Source: a virus (taxonomy: Duplodnaviria; Caudoviricetes). From it: DNA of 25,706 nt. The notes below the pieces were generated by a model. It had not been told where the DNA came from and did no database searches. It worked only from the letters and a program-made list of their open reading frames with translations. Every line of letters begins with the position of its first letter. The first letter of the stretch is position 1. Positions 1 through 7,148 of the stretch are shown in pieces. Where the stretch lies: IMG/VR virus record IMGVR_UViG_3300014656_000117, positions 1 to 25,706 of that record. One strand, 5' to 3'. The position numbers and the translations under genes were made by a program.

Positions 1-9
1 AGATATATA

Positions 10-276
10 TTAAGCACTATAACAACTGGCTAATTCGTAGGTCATTTCAAATATGTCTGGCTTACATGGATAGAACTCACCTTTGACCCCTTTAATTATC
101 CAGTCTCCTACTGATGCTATATGACCACCCTCTAGTGTATCGAGATAAATGGCCAAACCCTTATCATCATAAGTATGGGTGTGTTTGCATCCCTTTATAA
201 AAGCCTCTATCTTATCCCCATTTTTTCCTGTCCACTGTATCGCCTCAATCACTACTGGCTTCTTTCTATATTTCAT
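10..276 (-). CDS. conserved small phage protein (KYRKKPVVIEA...GEFYPCKPDIF family)
   Basis: 88 aa with the motifs KYRKKPVVIEAIQW, TLEG, GDWIIKGVKGEFYPCKPDIFEMTYE, typical of a widespread phage hypothetical family; GAGGTG RBS upstream. Confidence 0.85.
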   Translation of the reverse strand: MKYRKKPVVIEAIQWTGKNGDKIEAFIKGCKHTHTYDDKGLAIYLDTLEGGHIASVGDWIIKGVKGEFYPCKPDIFEMTYELASCYSA

Positions 277-298
277 CTCATCACCTCATTCAAAACTA
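271..298. repeat. 28-bp direct repeat copy 1 (RBS/start of the 10..276 gene)
   Basis: tttcatctcatcacctcattcaaaacta; 27/28 identical to 602..629. Confidence 0.9.
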
Positions 299-325
299 CT
301 ATCCCCACCACCATAGCCACTACCC

Positions 326-607
326 CTATTGCTCGGAAATGGTGCAGTATTTTTTCTTTTCAATCTCATAACATTTCAAGCAACTACCTATTTCCAGATA
401 AGGACAGTTATCTTGTGTGTCTTTTGATTCGCAGGGTGCGTGTATATCTTCACTCATCATCTTGAGGACTTTGGCTACTTGTTCTTTGAGTAAATTAGTT
501 AAATCAAAAGTGGAGACGCAACTACCTTTCCCATCAAAGTACATCCTTTCTTTATCCAAATCAATACTATTCACAATTTCCTCTGGTGTAAGTGCATAGT
601 CTTTCAT
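326..607 (-). CDS. hypothetical phage protein, Cys-rich C-terminus
   Basis: 93-aa ORF, GAGGTG RBS, co-oriented with neighbours. Confidence 0.7.
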   Translation of the reverse strand: MKDYALTPEEIVNSIDLDKERMYFDGKGSCVSTFDLTNLLKEQVAKVLKMMSEDIHAPCESKDTQDNCPYLEIGSCLKCYEIEKKKYCTISEQ

Positions 608-629
608 CTCACCACCTCATTCAAAACTA
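602..629. repeat. 28-bp direct repeat copy 2 (RBS/start of the 326..607 gene)
   Basis: tttcatctcaccacctcattcaaaacta. Confidence 0.9.
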
Positions 630-636
630 TTTATGT

Positions 637-1317
637 TCAACTGTGCAGCTCCTTTGCCCTACCTCGCTGACTCTGTCCTTTGTTCACTACTACAAGGCAA
701 CGTTCGTTGTCATGGAAACGATCACGGACCCGGGGTGTGAAGTCTACTAGGTCAAGATTAGTCGTCATGGCCGTTGGCAGCCAGTTGTGATATCGATAGT
801 CAATGAGTTCTTCCATAAGAGAAGTTTCCCACTCCCGACCTAATGTGCCGAGCCCTATGTCATCGATGAGCAATACCGGCGCTTGTTTACGGTTAGCTAA
901 CACCTCGTCATAAGAATATCCCTCATATTCCTTGCCCATCTTTGACTTGAGAAGGTCGATAAACTCAGGCCATTTCCACATGCGCCTACTCATGGCGATG
1001 GCAGTCGCTTCGAGCAAGTGGGTTTTGCCATTGCCGTTTGTACCTAAACATAAAAGCAGAGGCGCTTCCGGCTTACCAGCAGCAAACAGCTTGAAGGCTC
1101 TAGCAGCATCCTTGTTTCCAAGAAAAACCTTAAAATTCTTGAAGGTCTGCTCAAGGCTGGAGACATTGAGTCGTCGGCGTAAATCCTCTTTTTGCTCCGC
1201 CTCAGTCGGTTCTGATGAGTCTTTCAAACTCTTCGTCATTTGTGTCAGTAATGCTTTTTGGTAAGGGGAGCTCAGTGTAGACTTTCTCCGGTCCAAAATT
1301 TCTTTGACGCTTTCCAT
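637..1317 (-). CDS. DnaC/IstB-like AAA+ ATPase (helicase loader)
   Basis: TFKNF N-terminal motif, Walker A GTNGNGKT, Walker B LLIDDIG, IDYRY..LPTAMTTNL and RVRDRF motifs; directly follows the initiator gene; AGGAG RBS. Confidence 0.9.
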   Translation of the reverse strand: MESVKEILDRRKSTLSSPYQKALLTQMTKSLKDSSEPTEAEQKEDLRRRLNVSSLEQTFKNFKVFLGNKDAARAFKLFAAGKPEAPLLLCLGTNGNGKTHLLEATAIAMSRRMWKWPEFIDLLKSKMGKEYEGYSYDEVLANRKQAPVLLIDDIGLGTLGREWETSLMEELIDYRYHNWLPTAMTTNLDLVDFTPRVRDRFHDNERCLVVVNKGQSQRGRAKELHS

Positions 1318-1969
1318 TAACTTTCTCCTGCTTGAATTCCCTGGCCTTATCCATCCAGTTTGTCAATGCTGACTTTGGGCGCTTTAACTTCCGGCTACCC
1401 TCTGACCAGTAGAGGTGAAATTTCTTTAGTTCTTTATCATAGTCGAGGTCTGTATATTGTGGCCGTAGTTCCTCAACGTATTCATCAAATTTAGATTTTG
1501 TAATTTCAGGAGAGGTGGCCTTCTCCCTCTCCTCCTCTTTAACTTTATCTTTAACTTTAACTTTAACTTTAACTTCGCCAAGAGTTTGTCTATCATTACT
1601 CTTGCGTAGCTCTTGCGTAGCTCTTGCGGGATTTTCTGGTATTACACTCGGAGACTCCCTGTCAAGTGCTGATTTTGTCTGGTGATTTAAGAAGTTAGGG
1701 AACTCTAAATAATCAAAACCATTAACCGAATATCGAACGCACAATTTCAAATTGACAAGTGATTCTATTGTTTTGCTCACCTTTTTCAATGTGTGTGTTG
1801 TTCGGGGAACAACAATTCCTTTAATTATAAAGGGGTCTGCCGGTATCCTGCCCTCTTTATCGAGGTGTAATATTATCCAGGTATACAGTAACCTTTCGGC
1901 CTCATCAGGCAAGTAGGCAACCTTATCATCGGTAGATATTTCCCTACTAATGAATCTACCTCTAGGCAT
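1202..1969 (-). CDS. phage replication initiator / replisome organiser
   Basis: MPRGRFIS..ERLLYTWIILHLDKEGR winged-helix-type N-terminus, FPNFLNHQ, VKVKVK linker, C-terminal ELKKFHLYW..ALTNWM helical domain; upstream of DnaC-like gene. Confidence 0.8.
   Translation of the reverse strand: MPRGRFISREISTDDKVAYLPDEAERLLYTWIILHLDKEGRIPADPFIIKGIVVPRTTHTLKKVSKTIESLVNLKLCVRYSVNGFDYLEFPNFLNHQTKSALDRESPSVIPENPARATQELRKSNDRQTLGEVKVKVKVKDKVKEEEREKATSPEITKSKFDEYVEELRPQYTDLDYDKELKKFHLYWSEGSRKLKRPKSALTNWMDKAREFKQEKVNGKRQRNFGPEKVYTELPLPKSITDTNDEEFERLIRTD
1537..1575. repeat. AT-rich 6-bp tandem repeat (tttaac)n encoding VKVKVKVKDKVK
   Basis: tttaactttatctttaactttaactttaactttaactt read directly. Confidence 0.85.
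1599..1628. repeat. 11-bp tandem repeat (ctcttgcgtag x2.7), candidate iterons of an intragenic origin
   Basis: ctcttgcgtag ctcttgcgtag ctcttgcg inside the initiator gene, next to an AT-rich repeat. Confidence 0.7.
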
Positions 1970-2270
1970 GAATATTAGCTCCCTTAGAACGGTTACACTT
2001 TCGGCATAATAAAGCTAGATTATTTTTGTCATCTGTGCCACCTTTTATGACGGGAATAATGTGGTCAATCTCAAAAGGTATAACATCATTCCCGTTGTAG
2101 AAATATGCTTTTGATAAATCAACACAATTTGGATTTTCAACGACACAAGGTTTGCCATATCTTAAAATAAAGAATCCTTGCTTCCCACACAATCTACAAG
2201 CGCATTTATCTCTTGTTATCACCTCTGAGGTCGTGCCGAGCCGTAAAGATGCTCCATTTCCTCTAGCCAT
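1962..2270 (-). CDS. HNH endonuclease
   Basis: RDKCACRLCG ... EIDHIIPVIKGGTDDKNNLALLCRKCNRSKG. Confidence 0.93.
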   Translation of the reverse strand: MARGNGASLRLGTTSEVITRDKCACRLCGKQGFFILRYGKPCVVENPNCVDLSKAYFYNGNDVIPFEIDHIIPVIKGGTDDKNNLALLCRKCNRSKGANIHA

Positions 2271-2401
2271 TATGCCCTCTCCTTATTCCAATATGGGGAT
2301 TTGCATCTGGCACACCTGAGAGGCTTGCGCTTCTTACTGTCCCACAAATGACCGCATTTCTTACATTTAATCCTAAAGTAAGTTATTTTTCTGATAGCCA
2401 T
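2270..2401 (-). CDS. 43-aa zinc-ribbon microprotein (not in the ORF track)
   Basis: Manual translation MAIRKITYFRIKCKKCGHLWDSKKRKPLRCARCKSPYWNKERA*; two CxxC; TAATG overlap with the HNH start. Confidence 0.85.
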   Translation of the reverse strand: MAIRKITYFRIKCKKCGHLWDSKKRKPLRCARCKSPYWNKERA

Positions 2402-2407
2402 ACCCTC

Positions 2408-2436
2408 AGTGTACACCTCGCATAGTCGTTTGTCAA
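2408..2436 (-). promoter_or_regulatory. sigma70-type promoter, probably leaderless
   Basis: TTGACA-17 bp-TACACT-gagggt-ATG. Confidence 0.8.
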
Positions 2437-2670
2437 GTCCTTTTTCCCACTATTTCAGGGGGTGCCGGTAAAATTGGTTATTGCTTCACCCATTCCTCGC
2501 GCTTATCGAATGGCACGATATAAACAGCCCCGGTGAGTTTCACCCCTCGAACTCTCATTCAGCCAGCCCTCGCCTACTATGGACACTCCACCATCGGCTT
2601 TTCATGCACGCCCAAAGCAGTTTAGTTACCATCAGCTTTACCACTTCAACTCTTTTCCAGAGTTCCCTCA

Positions 2671-2694
2671 GCTCAGGCTGCTTGCTGGCTCGGT
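2671..2694. repeat. 24-bp intergenic repeat copy 1
   Basis: gctcaggctgcttgctggctcggt; 22/24 identical to 4327..4350. Confidence 0.8.
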
Positions 2695-2710
2695 TCTGCT
2701 TCGCCAGACC

Positions 2711-3340
2711 TTATTTATTACTGTGACATTCGTAGCATAACCAATTAACATCCAATGGCTTGTCAACTTTTACAAAGGAATATTTGAAATCCCAATTCTT
2801 TTCATGTGAGCCTTTGCCATTGATGCTATCATAGAGTGCAAAGTAGGCTGCTTGTGGTGTGTCAAATGCTATGCCATCTTCAGCAGTCCAGTAGCACCCA
2901 CCAGCAAATATAATTCCCTCAAGTAAGCAATCCTCTGGTGTAATGTCTTTTGTTCTCTCAGCCCTTACGTCTGTTATCTTGATGAAGTATCGGGCTGTCT
3001 CAAGAGGCATAAACATTGCTGACAATATATCCCTTGACCATCGCCATTTTAGGCAGTCCCCAATGGTTTGATTGATAAATACGGGAGTTTCGTCTAATAC
3101 ATAGCCCGCCTCATTCAAATATGGGTGCCGGAATAAAGTCTCTTTGATATACACAACCTCACCCACTTGATAGCGTGGCTTGAATTGTTCACCTTGTGCC
3201 GTACATGGGAATTGCGCATCGCTTGTATAATGGAAGTGCTCAGGCTGTGGCTTAATCACCCTGCGTGTTTGCCAGTCTCTATCATAGCCACCATCAGCAA
3301 TCGCCTTTATCTTCCAGGGTTTGAACAGTATCCCTTTCAT
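2711..3340 (-). CDS. phage ASCH/PUA-like protein (ILF...QTRRVIKPQP family)
   Basis: KGILFKPW.IKAI, QTRRVIKPQP, PRYQVGEVVYIKET, AMFMPLETARYFIKITDVRAER..DITPEDCLLEGI motifs. Confidence 0.8.
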   Translation of the reverse strand: MKGILFKPWKIKAIADGGYDRDWQTRRVIKPQPEHFHYTSDAQFPCTAQGEQFKPRYQVGEVVYIKETLFRHPYLNEAGYVLDETPVFINQTIGDCLKWRWSRDILSAMFMPLETARYFIKITDVRAERTKDITPEDCLLEGIIFAGGCYWTAEDGIAFDTPQAAYFALYDSINGKGSHEKNWDFKYSFVKVDKPLDVNWLCYECHSNK

Positions 3341-3341
3341 A

Positions 3342-3521
3342 TCATTCCCCCTTCTCTAACTTATTGAAATACACTGCTAGGATATGGTTGACGGCTGCCG
3401 GGACTGAGCCGAGTCCCAGGCGCATAGCTTCCCTTTCTAATCTTGGAATGTGGTCACTGTTGATGCGCCAGCCGGTCTGTACCTTGCCCGGCTTTACGGC
3501 GCCACGAACTTTAGCACCCAT
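3342..3521 (-). CDS. ribbon-helix-helix DNA-binding protein (59 aa, start revised to MGAKV)
   Basis: VQTGWRI beta pattern followed by two helices (LEREAMRLG, SVPAAVNHIL); purine-rich RBS AAAGGGGG before ATG 3521. Confidence 0.6.
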   Translation of the reverse strand: MGAKVRGAVKPGKVQTGWRINSDHIPRLEREAMRLGLGSVPAAVNHILAVYFNKLEKGE

Positions 3522-3630
3522 AATTTCCCCCTTTCTTTTTCGGCTTAAAGCATATAATAAGGGCAAAAGTCACCGCGAGCAGTAATAGGTAGAAGGCCGT
3601 TCCGGCAAGCACCAGTGCATAGATTACCAT
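3511..3630 (-). CDS. 39-aa single-pass membrane peptide (not in the ORF track)
   Basis: MVIYALVLAGTAFYLLLLAVTFALIICFKPKKKGGNYGC*; hydrophobic stretch followed by a basic tail; weak RBS. Confidence 0.45.
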   Translation of the reverse strand: MVIYALVLAGTAFYLLLLAVTFALIICFKPKKKGGNYGC

Positions 3631-3648
3631 TTCGACAATCCACGCACG

Positions 3649-3680
3649 AAAGTCACAAAAAAGGCACAGAAAAAGTCACA
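3649..3680. repeat. three phased 9-bp direct repeats AAAG(T/G)CACA
   Basis: copies at 3649, 3660 and 3672; a further AAAGTCAC at 3566. Confidence 0.6.
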
Positions 3681-3770
3681 GGCGAAGCCTCTCAATATCT
3701 TCTTCGCTGAACTTGGCCAGTATTTTATTCTGTACCTGCTCATCAATTTTAGTAACCATCTTATAATCAT

Positions 3771-3799
3771 AATATACACTTCCGCTTACTATTTGTCAA
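3771..3799 (-). promoter_or_regulatory. sigma70-type promoter
   Basis: TTGACA-17 bp-TATATT in an intergenic region. Confidence 0.8.
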
Positions 3800-3832
3800 G
3801 CCCCCTTACAGTGACTAGACTTAAAACTGATG

Positions 3833-4057
3833 TTAGTTTGATATTAAGAATTTACCTACAAGGCGACCACCAGCACAGATAACGCCATCTACCGGGGTAT
3901 CAAAGAATACTTCAATATTCCGCGACATCAAGTGCTTTCTTGCCTCTTGGCACACCCTCCCTGCTATCTCGAATTCATTGTGTCCATACTCTACCTCAAT
4001 CTCTCCATTAAATCTGTCTCTGCCTACATCTATCAATTTTACTTCCAATTTATCCAT
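3833..4057 (-). CDS. hypothetical phage protein
   Basis: 74 aa, GGAGG RBS. Confidence 0.75.
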   Translation of the reverse strand: MDKLEVKLIDVGRDRFNGEIEVEYGHNEFEIAGRVCQEARKHLMSRNIEVFFDTPVDGVICAGGRLVGKFLISN

Positions 4058-4069
4058 CCTTTCCCTCCA

Positions 4070-4420
4070 TATCCACAGTGAACACTAGGTTTCACCTGGC
4101 CGTCTTTAATCGGTAGGATTGTCATAATGCCCTTTTTATCCAGGTGAGCAGGGGCTGGTGAGCCTTATGTACCTCACCATAAATCCAGCACTATCAAGAA
4201 CACCCCCGCTCCCTGCTTGACCTGAGCCTACATGGTTATACGCCTTACTTCGTTCCTTTTACCTTGGGCTGGATAGCGAACAGGCAAAGTCTCTATTCTC
4301 CAAACCTTCTTCCAGCACCTTCGTAGGCTCAGGCTCCTTACTGGCTCGGTATTCCTCCCCCTTGTGAACCGATACTTCGCTAACTTTCATAGCTTGGACA
4401 CCAGCAATCTATATTGTTAA
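4070..4420 (-). ncRNA. candidate structured non-coding RNA / cis-regulatory element
   Basis: ~350-nt gap with nested inverted repeats: 4221-4231/4323-4333 (11 bp), 4092-4099/4140-4147 (8 bp), 4147-4153/4211-4217, 4156-4162/4173-4179. Confidence 0.4.
4327..4350. repeat. 24-bp intergenic repeat copy 2
   Basis: gctcaggctccttactggctcggt. Confidence 0.8.
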
Positions 4421-4423
4421 CCG

Positions 4424-5806
4424 TTATGCCATGTCCAGCAAGTCCTGAATCTCTTTGGCAAATAGAGCTGCCGTCTCTTTGTTGAGCAGCTTGGCAGCTT
4501 CGGATACGCTCTTGGCCTGGCCGCCGGTGACAATATTGAGACGCGCCAGCACTTCTTTGTTTGTCCACTTGTCCAGCTTCAAAGCCTGTAGCTGCGTGAG
4601 TGATTCCTTTAGCCAGTCAAGGTCTATGAAGCTGGCCATCTCGAGGCCCGGCTCCTGCCGGTCAGTCTCTTCGGTGAAAATCCCCGGCTCTTCCGGTTGC
4701 TCGGCTACCGCTGCACTCAGCGCTTTGCCTTTGCACCAGACCTTCTTACCAGCAGAACGACCGGTGCCCTCTACCTTATTCGGGCAATAGGGCGGGAAGT
4801 TACCCTTTCCCCTTACTAAGGGAACGTTGTGTATCGGGCAGACGCCGAGGTCGTTTTGCTCTGGCTTATCATCTGAGAGTTCTCTAGATTCACCCTCGAT
4901 TATCTCACCGGTTGAAGTGTTCACCTTGCCGACATCTGGCACTTCAATCTCCATATACTTTTCGTCCACCACTTCGATATTCGGCGGCATCTCACCAGGG
5001 TATTGCCTATCAAGAGCTAATCTCTCGGCCCGGATGCAGGCCATATTTAGATGCGTGTTGCCCTTTTCTGTGCCTTTGATACTTGCGTTTTTCTCGATAC
5101 CTCGGAGACCGAAAGCCTCGGCTCCGGTCACTGTATCCTTAATCCACACAAAGCCATAGACACAATTGGGGTCAGCCGTGTCTCCGAGTATCTTTTCAAT
5201 TTCAGCTTTGGTGGCTTTCCTCGGCGTCATATCAAGGTAGGAGTAACTGTGCTTTCTCTGTGCCAGAAGTCGGGTAGCCCCGATGCCCTGCTGTATTGAC
5301 CAGTCGAGGACGTCTTTACCTTGGCCGTCTTTTACGAATTGGCCATTTACCTTGCGCCGGTAGCCCACTAGGTAAAGGTGCTTCATCAGCGGGTTGAGCT
5401 GATAAGTCTGGCATAAGAGAATACACTTGGTCTTCTCGATTGCCGGAGCGGGGCCCCAAAGAGTCTCGACAATCTCAGTGGCCACACTCTTCGTCATAAC
5501 GACGCCACCACCCGTGTATCTGCTTAGTGCCTTGGTCTTTTCTTCTCCGTATGATTGTTCCATGATTTCCCTCCTTCTTTCTATTGTAAATTCTGCCAGA
5601 CCGCCCTTTTCGTAGCGGCTGGGCTCGCGCTCGATGCCGTCATGTCCTGTTCTTCGCCAATCAGAGCAAGCTAGGAAAGCTAAGTGGTTATCGAAGTCCA
5701 GAAAAACATCCAGCCTTTCACCGCATACTGAGCATCTATTCTTACGGCGAAGCTCCTTCAGGTCTTCCTGGGATACCCTCCCTTCTTCTTCATAGATTGG
5801 TGACAT
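4424..5806 (-). CDS. RecT/Bet-like single-strand annealing protein with N- and C-terminal Zn-finger-like segments
   Basis: LLCQTYQLNPLMKHLYLVGY and NMACIRAERLALDRQYP resemble RecT/Redbeta core motifs; TSTGEII acidic linker; CSVC and CPIH..CPNK..WC clusters. Confidence 0.7.
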   Translation of the reverse strand: MSPIYEEEGRVSQEDLKELRRKNRCSVCGERLDVFLDFDNHLAFLACSDWRRTGHDGIEREPSRYEKGGLAEFTIERRREIMEQSYGEEKTKALSRYTGGGVVMTKSVATEIVETLWGPAPAIEKTKCILLCQTYQLNPLMKHLYLVGYRRKVNGQFVKDGQGKDVLDWSIQQGIGATRLLAQRKHSYSYLDMTPRKATKAEIEKILGDTADPNCVYGFVWIKDTVTGAEAFGLRGIEKNASIKGTEKGNTHLNMACIRAERLALDRQYPGEMPPNIEVVDEKYMEIEVPDVGKVNTSTGEIIEGESRELSDDKPEQNDLGVCPIHNVPLVRGKGNFPPYCPNKVEGTGRSAGKKVWCKGKALSAAVAEQPEEPGIFTEETDRQEPGLEMASFIDLDWLKESLTQLQALKLDKWTNKEVLARLNIVTGGQAKSVSEAAKLLNKETAALFAKEIQDLLDMA

Positions 5807-5807
5807 A

Positions 5808-6959
5808 TTACCTCGCTCGGTTCGACATGAAGGGCTTATTGACGAACCTAACTCCTGGGACTTCTTTTTTATCGTGGTACTTCTTGGCCGTGTTACCCAA
5901 TAAGACGGTGTCAGCCATCATATACTCTCGCGGGATTAAATCAAGATTCGTGATTTCAAAAGTCCAATGGTCCGTGAGTCCTGAGCTTCCAAGTGCCGTT
6001 TTTATCGATTTGGGGGCCTCTGGCATCACTTCCATGAGGTCGAGTGGGGCGGTAAGTTCTCCCTTCAAAGCCATCTCGGCCTCAGCAGCCTCCATGCGTT
6101 GCTGGTTTATCCGCTCTTGCTCCGCCTTGATTCGGGCTTGCTCGGTGAGGTAGGCCGTCATCTTTGCGCGGGTGATTTGGTCGGCTTCAATAACCGGTCC
6201 CATGATGAAAGTGTAAGTCTCTCGAATAGCGTCCGATTGGGCCTTTAGCGGGTCAAGAAGTTCCTTACGTCTCGCTTCCATGAGCTTCTTGAGTTTCGAG
6301 ATAAGGCTGAGGTCATCGCTGGCCAGAGCGTGCTCCTCAGCGTTGGTAACTTTCCTGGCATTGGCATAAGCTAGGGCATTGAGGGCTTGGACGTGCCAGC
6401 TCATGGCTTCGGCATCAGCACCTGGCCGGAGGGCTAGGGCTGTCTCTGGTGCTGATTCCTTTAGCAATGATTCCGTTATTGTTATTGGTTCACCGATATT
6501 GTCCGGTAGGCATCCTGGGATTGGCTCTGTCGCTTCAACCATGGCGCTCCATGCTTTCTCGGTATCGGTCTTTACTATTGACCCCGCTGGTATCGTCTTG
6601 ACCTTGTCCTTGAAGGCTTCTATCTCAGCACAGGGCACGTCAATGGCGCTTACCTTTGCTTTGGCATCACCCCACTTCGCCGGCACCATAACGATGTCGC
6701 CCACTGCCAGGGGCTCCTCCGTGTAGTAAGAATATTCTCTCTCGCTTAACTTCCCGGTGGTCTCAGAATAGTATTGAACCTTGACAATAGATAATGGCGA
6801 CTGTAAGGCGTCCTCACTCAAGCGGGCCTCGTACTCGTCCATAGCGGTAGAGACGGGGGCGTTGGCCACATCCCGGGCCGTCTGGGCCTTAGCAATGCAC
6901 TGGGGGCAGCCCCCTCCTTCCAAGGGGTCAAACTCTACATTGTGTCGTGCGCACTTCAT
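5808..6959 (-). CDS. phage coiled-coil protein associated with the recombination module (Gam/Gp157-like C-terminus)
   Basis: EARRKELLDPLK coiled coil, then WTFEITNLDLIPREYM...EVPGVRF; internal YSYYTEEPLAVGDIVMVP beta domain. Confidence 0.6.
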   Translation of the reverse strand: MKCARHNVEFDPLEGGGCPQCIAKAQTARDVANAPVSTAMDEYEARLSEDALQSPLSIVKVQYYSETTGKLSEREYSYYTEEPLAVGDIVMVPAKWGDAKAKVSAIDVPCAEIEAFKDKVKTIPAGSIVKTDTEKAWSAMVEATEPIPGCLPDNIGEPITITESLLKESAPETALALRPGADAEAMSWHVQALNALAYANARKVTNAEEHALASDDLSLISKLKKLMEARRKELLDPLKAQSDAIRETYTFIMGPVIEADQITRAKMTAYLTEQARIKAEQERINQQRMEAAEAEMALKGELTAPLDLMEVMPEAPKSIKTALGSSGLTDHWTFEITNLDLIPREYMMADTVLLGNTAKKYHDKKEVPGVRFVNKPFMSNRAR

Positions 6960-7147
6960 AGTATTACTTCCTCCTTTTTGGATATTTCCTCTAACTGCTG
7001 TGACAGCTTATCCTTACCGAGCACTATAACCCGTGTGCCCACCGGCGTTTCTGCCAGAATAACGCACTGGCCTTGTTCGGTAACCCTCTTGATAGTCTCC
7101 ATGATTGCCTCGCGCTGTTTATCTGCTTTGCGCTTGAATAGTCTCAT
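6956..7147 (-). CDS. hypothetical protein (start revised to MRLFKRK, 63 aa)
   Basis: GAGGA RBS before ATG 7147; ATGA overlap with the downstream gene. Confidence 0.65.
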   Translation of the reverse strand: MRLFKRKADKQREAIMETIKRVTEQGQCVILAETPVGTRVIVLGKDKLSQQLEEISKKEEVIL

Positions 7148-7148
7148 T

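Noticed and set aside
2735-2766. TTGACA promoter at the end of the ASCH-like gene
   Set aside because: No acceptable -10 box at 16-18 bp spacing
3511-3759. TGA read-through or alternative genetic code joining the 27-aa ORF to the TM peptide
   Set aside because: The in-frame arrangement has a 1-in-3 chance; other genes end normally at TGA, TAG and TAA and long genes have no internal stops
4180-4380. Group I intron (TATCGGT..AATACCGAGCCA and AGAGACT resemble core segments)
   Set aside because: No matching ATAGTC P7 partner found and the flanking genes are complete, so nothing needs splicing
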